Below, piece after piece: positions 9,343 to 18,877 of a stretch of 64,000 bases of DNA. Under the pieces are notes generated by a model. The model did no database searches and was not told the origin of the DNA. It saw only the letters and a list, made by a program, of their open reading frames with translations. The number at the start of each line of letters is the position of its first letter. Position 1 is the first letter of the stretch. Position numbers and translations under genes: made by a program. The stretch is from a virus (taxonomy: Duplodnaviria > Heunggongvirae > Uroviricota > Caudoviricetes), in the IMG/VR virus record IMGVR_UViG_3300001687_001192; one strand, 5' to 3'.

Positions 9343-9567
9343 GTGATTATCACCGGCCAGCACCCCGACGCCAAAAAGATACATGTCTATAATAGATATG
9401 GGCATTTAATATCGAAAATTCTTGAAATAGATACACATAAAATGATTGCTAAAATTAGTAGCGATAACGGGGTAGAAGTAGTAAAAGTATATAAAATAAA
9501 AGGGCCGGGCATCTATTTTAAAAGAAAGCCGCTTAGCTCAAGAACCATAAATACGAGAAAGAAATGA
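9343..9567 (+). CDS. Hypothetical protein
   Basis: 74-aa GTG ORF filling the operon gap, ATGA overlap downstream. Confidence 0.55.
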   Translation: MIITGQHPDAKKIHVYNRYGHLISKILEIDTHKMIAKISSDNGVEVVKVYKIKGPGIYFKRKPLSSRTINTRKK

Positions 9568-11093
9568 CAGTTCAAATTGTTGTTAACAATGTATGGTCCC
9601 GCATACGTGGCCTCAAAAATATTAAAACCGTTGATGCCTTGGATAGGAAAACTAGCTTTTACGTTGAGGGGTACCAATATACCAAAGCTTTCAGAGAAGG
9701 GTTTTATGATCATAAGCGCGGACGCTTTGTACATTGGGACGGGAAAAAGCATTTGTTAACACAGAAGATGGTTTTTCCAACCGGTCTTTTGTCAAGGGTG
9801 CGCAAATTTCTTGAAAAATATGGTGAAGATGTAGAGATTATTGATCAAAGAGGTGATGTAAAGTTAGGTCGAGAAATTAAAATTAAGAAATACACTCCTA
9901 GAAAATATCAGCAGGAAGCTGCAGATGCTGCTATTGCGCAAGGTCGCGGAATTATTAGGGTTGGGACCGGAGGCGGCAAGACGCTGATTTCCGCAATGAT
10001 TACCGCAAAGTACAACGTGCCGACTATGATTTATGTAGTAGGTAAAGATCTGCTTTACCAGTTTCATAAGGAAATGGAAAAGACTTTAGGGATAAAGGTT
10101 GGCATTATCGGCGATGGTCACTGCGACGTTAAAAAGATTAACGTATGTTCTGTCTGGACTGCTATTACAGCCTTTAATTTAAAAACCAAGATATCCTTAG
10201 ATGATGAGGATTGGTCACCAGAAGTTGTCTCTGTCGATAATAAGGGTAAGGCGCGGATCAGAGAAGCCATACAAAAATCAAAATTATCTATCTTTGATGA
10301 AGCTCATTTTTTGGCCACTGATACATTACAATCCATCTTCAAAGCCAGTAAAAATTGCCGCTATTTGTTCGGCCTGTCTGGTACGGACTGGCGAGATGAT
10401 GGCGCAGATCTTTTGCTAGAATCGGTATGCGGTGAGCGCATTTACAATATGCCGTCCTCTAAGCTGATTGAACAGAACTTTTTAGTGCCACCAAATATTG
10501 TTCTACTAGACGTCCCGCAATATGAAGGAGATCTTAACAAAAACTACTCATCTATATACAGCAGATATATTACCAAAAACTCTGTAAGGAACGGCATGGT
10601 AGTAGACTCTGCCCGCAAGTTAATAGATAAGGGTAAAAAGGTACTTATATTGGTACGATATCTTTCCCACGGCAATGCAATAGCAGAAGAGCTTTCAGAT
10701 CTGCCAATATATTTTGTTAATGGTGAAGTAGACGGCAAAACCAGGATCGCTGTGAAACGCGATTTCGAAAATGGCGAGCTTAAATGTCTAATAGCTTCGA
10801 GCGTTTTCGACATCGGAATAAATATACCTAGTTTAGACGCATTAATACTTGCTGGCGGAGGAAAATCAACGGTTCGTACTTTACAACGAATAGGAAGGGT
10901 TATTCGTACATGCGGTAACAAAAAGCGTGCTATTGTAGTAGATTTTATAGATAATGCGAAATATTTGGATAAGCATTCTGCAATAAGAATAGCAGTATAT
11001 GAGACAGAGCCGCTGTTTAAAATGAAATTTCCGAAGAATTTTGACCGATCTGTTCTGAAAGCTCCGAGCAAAATAATCCGAAAAGTAAAATAA
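9564..11093 (+). CDS. Superfamily 2 helicase (UvsW/Rad25-like)
   Basis: GTGGGKT, DEAH, GLSGT, FDIGINIP, QRIGRVIR. Confidence 0.92.
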   Translation: MTVQIVVNNVWSRIRGLKNIKTVDALDRKTSFYVEGYQYTKAFREGFYDHKRGRFVHWDGKKHLLTQKMVFPTGLLSRVRKFLEKYGEDVEIIDQRGDVKLGREIKIKKYTPRKYQQEAADAAIAQGRGIIRVGTGGGKTLISAMITAKYNVPTMIYVVGKDLLYQFHKEMEKTLGIKVGIIGDGHCDVKKINVCSVWTAITAFNLKTKISLDDEDWSPEVVSVDNKGKARIREAIQKSKLSIFDEAHFLATDTLQSIFKASKNCRYLFGLSGTDWRDDGADLLLESVCGERIYNMPSSKLIEQNFLVPPNIVLLDVPQYEGDLNKNYSSIYSRYITKNSVRNGMVVDSARKLIDKGKKVLILVRYLSHGNAIAEELSDLPIYFVNGEVDGKTRIAVKRDFENGELKCLIASSVFDIGINIPSLDALILAGGGKSTVRTLQRIGRVIRTCGNKKRAIVVDFIDNAKYLDKHSAIRIAVYETEPLFKMKFPKNFDRSVLKAPSKIIRKVK

Positions 11094-11098
11094 AAAAC

Positions 11099-11156
11099 GC
11101 ATTTTTCAATGGTTTTCGACGTTTGGCTAAATAATGTCGACAAAAGTTGAGAGTGC
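11099..11156 (+). promoter_or_regulatory. Intergenic imperfect stem-loop
   Basis: GCATTTTTCAA/TTGAGAGTGC outer arms and TTTTCGAC/GTCGACAAAA inner arms. Confidence 0.35.
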
Positions 11157-11183
11157 GCAATAAATCAGGAAAAGAGAGGCAAG

Positions 11184-11999
11184 ATGCCTAAGAAATGCCC
11201 AAAATGTCAAAAACTTAAAGAAAATGATATGTTTTTTCGCAACTCCTCTTAAAAGGATGGGTTATCTTATTGGTGTAAGAAATGTTCCAAAAAGAAAAAA
11301 GAAAACTGTTCATTTTGTGGAAAACGCCGCGCCGTTTACTCTAGAAAACAAAATAGGCCGTACTGTACCAAATGTTATAGGGAAAAATATTCTATAAAAA
11401 CAAAATGTATAAGTTGTGGTAGGTTTTGTTTTCCAGTTTTAAAAGAGGGTATTTGTCAAGCTTGTTATGATTTGCGTCCCAGGGTGTGTCGATGTTCCAT
11501 ATGTAACAAAATGGGGCAAATAAAGTTAAATAATAAAAAAGAAAAAATATGTGTTGCGTGTTATGAAAAAGAACGAAGGCCGCGAAAAAGGTGCATTATG
11601 TGTGGGGAAACCAAAAGGGTGGGAAAATTATTAAAAAATGGCCCTCTATGCATATCTTGTTATGATGCTCAACCAGAAAGAATAATAGCTCGGATTAAAA
11701 CTCATTATAAAAGGAAAAATCAAGATCCATTTGAGCTATCTCCAAACGAATGGTATAATCTAATGGAAGAATTTGACTGGAAATGTTTTTATTGTGGAAG
11801 TTCTATATCTGGGGCAAACAGAACTGTTGATCATATAATTCCAGTATTTAAAGGTGGTATAACCAAATACGAAAATTTAGTTCCAGCTTGTCGCACGTGC
11901 AATGGAAGAAAAGGAACAAAAGATTTTTTAAAATGGTCAAATGAAATGGGCCTGTCGCACTCTAAAGTGCGATACGTTTTAGAAAGGTTTAATAAATGA
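11184..11999 (+). pseudogene. Cys-rich zinc-finger/HNH endonuclease with in-frame TAA at codon 23
   Basis: ATG 11184 is in frame with ORF 11472; MPKKCPKC...RNSS*KDGLSYWCKKC; C-terminal CFYCG..TVDHIIP..GG..NLVPACRTCNGRK. Confidence 0.75.
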
Positions 12000-12694
12000 A
12001 AAAATCTCACAATTGTAAAACGTGCGGCGCACAAAAAGAGGTGGTGTTTGAAGGAGACGGGGTTCAATACCCCGTTTTTTCTTGTCCAGAACATGGCCCA
12101 GACAGTCGCAATGAATGGAAAATATGGTGGGAACAATACCGTGACCGATGGAGAGAAAAGAGATATTGGGATAAGCCGGCGGATAAGTTGTCCTGTATAA
12201 TAGGGTATTTTTGTCATAAATATAAAGAGTTCTATGAATATGACTATACATTTGATTATAGTAATCCAATTCCTTACAAGAGTAAAGATTTTGTAATAGC
12301 AAGAAGGATTCTGGCCATGTTTAATGCGGATGCTAACGATGTGCGAACATACATCAGATGGGTATTTGCTAAGAAACTAAAATCTCAAAAATATAATGTG
12401 ACAAGTTTTGGATTCTTTGCTTCCGCACCATTTGTAAATGAATATAAGGCTGCCAAAGCATATAGCCAAGTTTTAAGAAGGTCTACGAAGTTGCCAGATC
12501 ATTTTCTAAATTGGTGTCGTGCTTATTATCCTGACGTTCTAGAAACACACAGCCTAGAAACCTGGAATGACCTTAATGGGTTGGTCACATTTATTAATAG
12601 CTATGGCAAGGATAATACTGAATATTGTGTAGTTAGAGAGGCGATACATAGGGGTATGCTTCCAGAACATGGATATAGAAGTTTGGAGGACTAA
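11996..12694 (+). CDS. Hypothetical protein in replication cluster, N-terminal CxxC..CxxH
   Basis: 232-aa ORF, coupled overlaps on both sides. Confidence 0.75.
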   Translation: MKKSHNCKTCGAQKEVVFEGDGVQYPVFSCPEHGPDSRNEWKIWWEQYRDRWREKRYWDKPADKLSCIIGYFCHKYKEFYEYDYTFDYSNPIPYKSKDFVIARRILAMFNADANDVRTYIRWVFAKKLKSQKYNVTSFGFFASAPFVNEYKAAKAYSQVLRRSTKLPDHFLNWCRAYYPDVLETHSLETWNDLNGLVTFINSYGKDNTEYCVVREAIHRGMLPEHGYRSLED

Positions 12695-13014
12695 TGCTGC
12701 TACAACACATTTTATCGAAACACGTAGTAATAATAATGAGTAATGGACATGTGGCAAGAGGGTTTGTCCACAGTGAAGAGGATGGTTATCTTAAGCTAAT
12801 AAGAACTGATAATCGTGAAGCAATTATAAAAGTTACGGATATTAGTGTTGCCGAGATCGCGGCCGAGAATCAAATGGCCGACTATCAAGCGTTGGATCGC
12901 CAATATGTCCAATCAGATAACGACTTTTCCATGGTGGCATCGCCTATAGAATCTGACAGTACGTACGCCAGTCAGACCGAGTTCGTTAGGCAGACTCCTA
13001 GAGGTCGAGAATGA
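12694..13014 (+). CDS. Putative Sm/Hfq-like fold protein with acidic tail
   Basis: VVIIMSNGHVARGFVHSEEDGYLKL...IIKVTDIS matches the Sm1/Sm2 pattern by eye. Confidence 0.5.
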   Translation: MLLQHILSKHVVIIMSNGHVARGFVHSEEDGYLKLIRTDNREAIIKVTDISVAEIAAENQMADYQALDRQYVQSDNDFSMVASPIESDSTYASQTEFVRQTPRGRE

Positions 13015-13685
13015 TATCCTATAAAAAGGTAGAGGCAGAAAAAAAGAAAATAATCAGTAACTGTCGTGCGTGCGACGGGAATGGCTGCAACGCGTGTTTT
13101 GGATATGCTGCCTATATTGATAAAATGGCTGCGGCACACATTCCAGTTGATTACTGGTTTCGTGATATGAAGGGTTTTTATGGTGAACAACACTTCAAAG
13201 ATAATGTGTTATCATATATGAATAATTTACATACTGAGTTTAATAATGGATTGACGTTATGTTTTACAGGCGAAAGAGGTCGTGGGAAAACGATGGCCGC
13301 TTGTGCTATACTTAAACAAGCGTTACTTGATAATTATACCGCTTTTTATACGACCATGGTGGAAGCCGTTGACAGGTTAATGACTCCAGATTCTTATGTT
13401 TTTAGAGAAGCCATCAAAAACATTGATTTTTTTGTTATTGATGAAGTGGATCGGCGATTTTTCCCGTCGCGAGGCAGCATGGAGTTGTATGGCAATCACT
13501 TTGAAAGTATGCTTCGAAGTAGGACACAGAATAGGATGCCAACAATCATATGCACAAATTCTCAAGACACTAAACAGATTTTTGGTGGTGAATTTCAGAA
13601 ATCATTTGCATCGCTAGAGTCGCAGTTTTTTAGGATACTGCATGCTGGTGGTAAAGATGCACGAAAAGGCGAGGAAAAGTTATGA
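13011..13685 (+). CDS. DnaC/IstB-like AAA+ ATPase (helicase loader)
   Basis: N-terminal CxxC..CxxC, Walker A GERGRGKT, Walker B FVIDEV, IICTN. Confidence 0.88.
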   Translation: MISYKKVEAEKKKIISNCRACDGNGCNACFGYAAYIDKMAAAHIPVDYWFRDMKGFYGEQHFKDNVLSYMNNLHTEFNNGLTLCFTGERGRGKTMAACAILKQALLDNYTAFYTTMVEAVDRLMTPDSYVFREAIKNIDFFVIDEVDRRFFPSRGSMELYGNHFESMLRSRTQNRMPTIICTNSQDTKQIFGGEFQKSFASLESQFFRILHAGGKDARKGEEKL

Positions 13686-15097
13686 TTCCTGAACTCGATA
13701 TAAGAATCTTAGGATATTTGTTTGCAAACAAATCGTTAACACTAAAAGTAATAAATTCTGTTTCAGTAGAATATTTAAAGCCCAAGTACCAGCCTTTCAT
13801 GCATTTGATTAAAGCATGTACTAAATTATATAATGAAACACCTACTAAACGAATGCTGGAAAGTCAAGAAGCGTGGGACAACAGTCTCGTAGAGTTTTAC
13901 GAGCAGGCATTAGGTTTTAGAGACTCAGAAAATTTCGACCAGGCAGATTTTGCGCTGGACTATGAAGAACTGAAAACTCGATATAACAAGCAGACAATTC
14001 TTGTTATGGGTAAGGAAGTGTTCAAGTCAAATTGGGATGGCAGCGATTTTAAAGATTTAACTGAGGCAAACAGAGCGATCAAAAAAGCTATAGGAACGAT
14101 AGATAGTATACACACCAATGAAGTCTTCAAGGAAGGTTCTTTGTCAGGAACGGCAGCAGAAGCTAGGACACGATATCAGCAGATTAAAGACAATCCGGCA
14201 CTAGCCAGAGGAATCCATGTCGGTATTAGGGAATTTGATAGAATTACAAATGGCCTGCAGCCTGGCGAATTGGTGTTAATTGGCGGTGAATCCAGCGCAG
14301 GCAAATCGGCGCTCGCCATGAATATGGCTATAAACGCGTGGAAGGGTAGTAACCCGTTGCCGGACTCAGCAGATTTTACGTTAGATAATTTTGCGACGGA
14401 CGGCGTAAATGTAATGTATTTTACAATTGAGATGCCGTGGGATCCGTTAAGGCGTCGTGTAGATGCATGTGTGTCTGGTGTTAAATTGTATGGCATACGT
14501 GATGGTACATTGAGCACAGATGAAGAGTCTCGGTTTGAGGCCGGGCTGGAATTTCAGGAACGATATCCGAAAGAATTTCAAATTATTGATATTCCTCGAG
14601 GATGTACAGTTGGCCAGATAGAATCCAAGTACATAGAGTTGTTGTATGATTTCACGCCAGAACTCGTAGTTGTAGATTATATCAGCTTGATGAAGGTTGA
14701 ACATGATATGGCATCCGACTGGCTCAATATTGGAAAACTTGCTGAGATGTTGCATGAATTTTGCAGAACATACAACATTCCATGTGTTACGCCTGTGCAG
14801 CTTAATAGACCTAAACAAGCTGGCGCAGCTGGAGATATCCAACCCCCCGACCAACATAGGGTGGGGAGAAGTATAATGTTACCGCAAAATTGCAACATTA
14901 TGCTCAATATTACTTCTAGACCAGATGAAGATACGCGATCTGATATGCCTATTAATATTGCAAAGATGCGGGACGGCGAAAAAGGGGCTTTCACGTTGTG
15001 GAAAAGGTTCGATATTATGAGGGTTTATAATGATGCTCCTGAAGGATGGAGCCCAGAATCATATGATGCCAGTGCGGAGGACGACGATCATGTCTGA
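13682..15097 (+). CDS. dnaB: Replicative DNA helicase DnaB
   Basis: TNGLQPGELVLIGGESSAGKS, VVVDYISLM, PVQLNR, IAKMRDG; no intein. Confidence 0.93.
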   Translation: MIPELDIRILGYLFANKSLTLKVINSVSVEYLKPKYQPFMHLIKACTKLYNETPTKRMLESQEAWDNSLVEFYEQALGFRDSENFDQADFALDYEELKTRYNKQTILVMGKEVFKSNWDGSDFKDLTEANRAIKKAIGTIDSIHTNEVFKEGSLSGTAAEARTRYQQIKDNPALARGIHVGIREFDRITNGLQPGELVLIGGESSAGKSALAMNMAINAWKGSNPLPDSADFTLDNFATDGVNVMYFTIEMPWDPLRRRVDACVSGVKLYGIRDGTLSTDEESRFEAGLEFQERYPKEFQIIDIPRGCTVGQIESKYIELLYDFTPELVVVDYISLMKVEHDMASDWLNIGKLAEMLHEFCRTYNIPCVTPVQLNRPKQAGAAGDIQPPDQHRVGRSIMLPQNCNIMLNITSRPDEDTRSDMPINIAKMRDGEKGAFTLWKRFDIMRVYNDAPEGWSPESYDASAEDDDHV

Positions 15098-15359
15098 CAT
15101 AGAAATAGCTAAACTTCTTAATGTTAAGGTAGATACCAAGACAGGGCGAGTTTTTTTAGAGATGGAGGTTACAGATCCAACTTGGAAGCAAAAAATCTTA
15201 AGAGAATGGCAAGATGTAGAGGTGAAGCTTGTTATTGAAGAGAAACTTTTTAGTGACGAATTGATAAAAGATTGTGAAGATCGTCTAGAAAAAGGTTTCG
15301 GTAAAGAAGATTTTAAAAATATGTTGAAAAGTATGAAAAATTGGTTTCCTAAAGGATAA
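15090..15359 (+). CDS. Hypothetical protein
   Basis: ATG 15090 with GGAGG upstream. Confidence 0.7.
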   Translation: MSDIEIAKLLNVKVDTKTGRVFLEMEVTDPTWKQKILREWQDVEVKLVIEEKLFSDELIKDCEDRLEKGFGKEDFKNMLKSMKNWFPKG

Positions 15360-15363
15360 TAAC

Positions 15364-15624
15364 ATGCCGTTTTATGAATATAGATGTAAACAATGTAAAC
15401 ATGAATTCGAAGAATTTCAAAAAATGTCGGACGATCCGCTGACCGAATGTCCTGAGTGTAAAGGGATTGTGGTCAGGCTAATTTCTATCGGGATGTGTGA
15501 CGTGAAATATGACGCACGGGAGCTGTATGAGAAGGTAATAAGGCCTGAAGCAAAAGAAATTGCCGACAAGATCAGGAACGGCGATGAAGATGCGGCGGCA
15601 GATATTTTTGGAGAGCCAAAATAG
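15364..15624 (+). CDS. FmdB-family zinc ribbon protein
   Basis: MPFYEYRCKQCKHEFE..Q.MSDDPLTECPECKG. Confidence 0.9.
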   Translation: MPFYEYRCKQCKHEFEEFQKMSDDPLTECPECKGIVVRLISIGMCDVKYDARELYEKVIRPEAKEIADKIRNGDEDAAADIFGEPK

Positions 15625-15628
15625 TTGG

Positions 15629-15657
15629 TTGATTTTACATGCGCTCATACGTATTAT
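15629..15657 (+). promoter_or_regulatory. Sigma70-like promoter upstream of prkA module
   Basis: TTGATT-17 nt-TATTAT in AT-rich intergenic gap. Confidence 0.5.
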
Positions 15658-15755
15658 ATTATATGTGTTTAATTTTACCCTTGTGTATGGGGTTTTAGAA
15701 CGAAGGAGATAAAATGAAGGTTAAAAATTCTAATGGAAGGAAAGGAGAACGGGAA

Positions 15756-17693
15756 ATGAGCGAAATCACAGACATTTTTTCTGCCCTTGCGAAATGTAAT
15801 GTTAAAGAGGATACCACTCCGTGGTCTGGGACTTTGAAAGATTATCTCCCTATGGTTATTGATGACCCAAATCTCAACGAGACTGCGCATGCTAGAATAT
15901 GTAGAATGATTGAAAGTAAAGGGGTAGAGTTTGAAGACGAAGAGAAAAAAGAACACCCGCGCTATAAATTCTTCACTGACGATTTGTTTGGTATTAATCA
16001 TGTAATAGAAAAAACTATGAAGTTTTTTAGAGGTGCGGCAGCAGGATCTGAAGTTAGAAAGAGGATATTGTTACTTTGGGGGCCAACCAGCTCTGGTAAA
16101 AGCGAATTTGTAATTCTATTAAAGAAGGGCTTAGAGGAGTTTTCAAAAACCAAAGAAGGAAGAGTTTTTGCAATAGATGGTTGTCCCATGTTTGAAAATC
16201 CGTTGAATGCTATACCAATTCCGCAGAGGAAACTGCTGAAAGAAAAATATGACCTTGTAATTGAGGGAGAGTTGTGTCCGCGTTGTGCTTATAAATTAGC
16301 ACACGATCCGAAATTTTCTGGTAAGTGGGAAAATATTCCTGTTAAAAGAATATTTCTTTCTGAAATGAATAGAACAGGCATTGGTACTTTTCAACCGGGG
16401 GATAGAAAAAGCCAATCGCAGTCAGAACTTGTTGGCTCTGTGAATTTTGCGCAATTGGAAGAATATGGTGTGGAATCACATCCACTCGCTTATAATTTTG
16501 ACGGAGAATTAAATGTTGCAAACAGAGGCTTAATGGAATTTATTGAGCTATTAAAAGTAGATCCCAAATTCCGACACATACTTTTAACCCTTACACAGGA
16601 GAAGAGAATCAAAGTAGAACGTTTTCCTCTTATTTTTGCTGATTTGTTTCCAATTGCACACAGTAATGAAACCGAATTTGTAAAATTCAAAGCCGATAAA
16701 GCCGAGGAAGCCTTACATGATCGAACCAGTTTAATGAAATTCCCCTACAATCTAATCCTCAACGAAGAAGTAAGAATCTATGAGAAACTTATTTGTCATA
16801 CGCCGGGCTTTAAAAATATTCATATTGCTCCACATACATTAAAAATTGCCTCGATGTTTGCTATTTTGTCCCGACTTACGGAACCAAAAGATAAAAGTAT
16901 TACACTGCTGCAAAAAATGCAACTTTATAATGGGGAAGAAGTAGACGGGTTTAGCAAAGAAAATATAAAGGATCTACAAAAAGAATCAGAGCGGGAGGGG
17001 CTAGATGGTATTTCTCCAAGATATATCGTTAATTGCCTATCTGACTGCTTCGCTAAGCCTGGAGTTACATATGTTACCCCCATAAGTGCTTTGCGTAGTA
17101 TAAAAGAGAACCTTCCAACTAATGCGAAACTAGAAAATGATGAAGTGTCTAGACTTGAGAATTTAATTTCAGATTGCATCGTTGAATATAATAAAATTGC
17201 AACCAACGAGGTACAAAAAGCGTTTTTCGTGAATTTTGAGCGCGAAATTAAAAACTTATTAGAGAACTATTTGGATAATGTTGGTGCCTACTTAGATGAC
17301 CACAAGACGAAGAACGAGTGGGGTGATATGGTGGATCCAGATGAAAACCTGATGAGAAGTGTTGAAGAAAAGGTAGAAATTACTAACCCTGGTAAAGACT
17401 CATTCCGTGAAGAGGTTTATCGTAAAATGTTGGAATCTAAGAATAAAACTGGTGAATATGGTTATCAAAATCATCCAAAACTAAGGGAAGCGCTGGAAAA
17501 ACAATTGTTTGACGAACGTGCAGATGTAATACGTCTTACAGTATCTTCGAGAAATCCAGACCCTGAAGCTTTAAGAAAGCTTAATGAAGTGATCGATGCG
17601 CTGGTTGTACATTATGGATATAATGCGGACAGTGCTAATGAGTTATTACGATATGTAAATAATATTATGTCCAAGACCGCTAACAAGGGGTAA
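15756..17693 (+). CDS. prkA: PrkA/YeaG-family AAA+ serine protein kinase
   Basis: LLLWGPTSSGKS, GELNVANRG.MEF.E..K, AHSNE, LHDR, GISPRY; RBS AAGGAG. Confidence 0.92.
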   Translation: MSEITDIFSALAKCNVKEDTTPWSGTLKDYLPMVIDDPNLNETAHARICRMIESKGVEFEDEEKKEHPRYKFFTDDLFGINHVIEKTMKFFRGAAAGSEVRKRILLLWGPTSSGKSEFVILLKKGLEEFSKTKEGRVFAIDGCPMFENPLNAIPIPQRKLLKEKYDLVIEGELCPRCAYKLAHDPKFSGKWENIPVKRIFLSEMNRTGIGTFQPGDRKSQSQSELVGSVNFAQLEEYGVESHPLAYNFDGELNVANRGLMEFIELLKVDPKFRHILLTLTQEKRIKVERFPLIFADLFPIAHSNETEFVKFKADKAEEALHDRTSLMKFPYNLILNEEVRIYEKLICHTPGFKNIHIAPHTLKIASMFAILSRLTEPKDKSITLLQKMQLYNGEEVDGFSKENIKDLQKESEREGLDGISPRYIVNCLSDCFAKPGVTYVTPISALRSIKENLPTNAKLENDEVSRLENLISDCIVEYNKIATNEVQKAFFVNFEREIKNLLENYLDNVGAYLDDHKTKNEWGDMVDPDENLMRSVEEKVEITNPGKDSFREEVYRKMLESKNKTGEYGYQNHPKLREALEKQLFDERADVIRLTVSSRNPDPEALRKLNEVIDALVVHYGYNADSANELLRYVNNIMSKTANKG

Positions 17694-17695
17694 TA

Positions 17696-18877
17696 ATGAG
17701 TGATGATTTTAAAGATATTTGGAGTTTGCGCAAACCTGGCGCTAAAGATTCAAAGCGTCATAAAGAGCGCATACGGGAAGCTATAAAAGAAAATCTTCAC
17801 GATCTCATCTCTGAGGAAAATATTATTTCGTCAAGCGGTGGAAAGAAAGTCAAGGTACCAATAAAATACCTCGACATGTGGCGGTTTAAATTCGGGAAAA
17901 ATAACAAGCATAAGGGTGTTGGACATGGTAAGGGCGCACCAGGCGATGTTATTTATAAAGAGGACCCAATGAGTGGGCAAGGAAAAGCTGGTGATAAGGC
18001 CGGTGAAGAGGTATACGAAGAAGAAGTAGAAATCGAAGAAATCATAGAGATGATGCTCGAAAACCTAGATTTGCCATGGATGGAAGAAAAGGAAAACGTT
18101 AGGGAAATAGAAACTGAAGAAACAGTATTCCAAGATATAGCTGAAAGGGGGTTGCCAGCAAACATAGATAAGAGAAGAACAATTTTGCGCAATCTTAAAC
18201 GAAATGCACTTAAGGGCAAAATGCGAATTGGTGGTTTTGCCCTAGACGATCTGCGCTACAGGGTGTGGGAGCAAGTCATAGAAAAACATTCAAATGCCGC
18301 TGTGTTTTTATTGATGGATAGATCTGGGAGTATGACATCCGAAAAAAAATATATAGTAAAATCTTTTTTCTGGTGGATGGTGAAATTTCTAGAGAGAAAA
18401 TATGAAAACGTTGAGTTGATTTTCATTGCACATGATACAGAGGCGCATGAGGTCGAAGAAGAGAACTTTTTTAAAATTTCACACGGCGGTGGCACAATGG
18501 TCAGCTCCGCGTTTAAACTGGCTCAGACCATTATTGAAGACAGATATTCTCATAAAACCTGGAACAATTATGTGTTTGCATTTTCTGATGGCGACAATTG
18601 GCCCGAAGATAATGTAAGATGTGTTCAGTCCATAAAGGACATTTTACCGTTTTGTCAGGCCGTCGGCTATGGAGAGGTTGATATAAACGACAGTTTTTAC
18701 AAATGGGGCAGTTCTACCAGTTCTTCAATGTGGTCTAATTTGGCGCAAATTTTTGAAAAAGATACAGAATTATCTGAAAATGAAAGGTTTATAGTGGCAA
18801 CAATAGAGAAGCGAGAAGATATCTACGCCGGCCTTAGAAAGTTTTTGAAAGGAGTCGATAAACAAAATGAAAGATAG
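17696..18877 (+). CDS. yeaH: YeaH/YhbH (DUF444) vWA-domain protein
   Basis: RHKERIREAIK, DLRYR, MIDAS DRSGSM, GGTMVSSA, FSDGDNW. Confidence 0.9.
   Translation: MSDDFKDIWSLRKPGAKDSKRHKERIREAIKENLHDLISEENIISSSGGKKVKVPIKYLDMWRFKFGKNNKHKGVGHGKGAPGDVIYKEDPMSGQGKAGDKAGEEVYEEEVEIEEIIEMMLENLDLPWMEEKENVREIETEETVFQDIAERGLPANIDKRRTILRNLKRNALKGKMRIGGFALDDLRYRVWEQVIEKHSNAAVFLLMDRSGSMTSEKKYIVKSFFWWMVKFLERKYENVELIFIAHDTEAHEVEEENFFKISHGGGTMVSSAFKLAQTIIEDRYSHKTWNNYVFAFSDGDNWPEDNVRCVQSIKDILPFCQAVGYGEVDINDSFYKWGSSTSSSMWSNLAQIFEKDTELSENERFIVATIEKREDIYAGLRKFLKGVDKQNER

Noticed and set aside
11250-11252. Stop-codon reassignment suggested by the internal TAA
   Set aside because: TAA, TAG and TGA all end conserved genes at the expected positions, and no suppressor tRNA was seen
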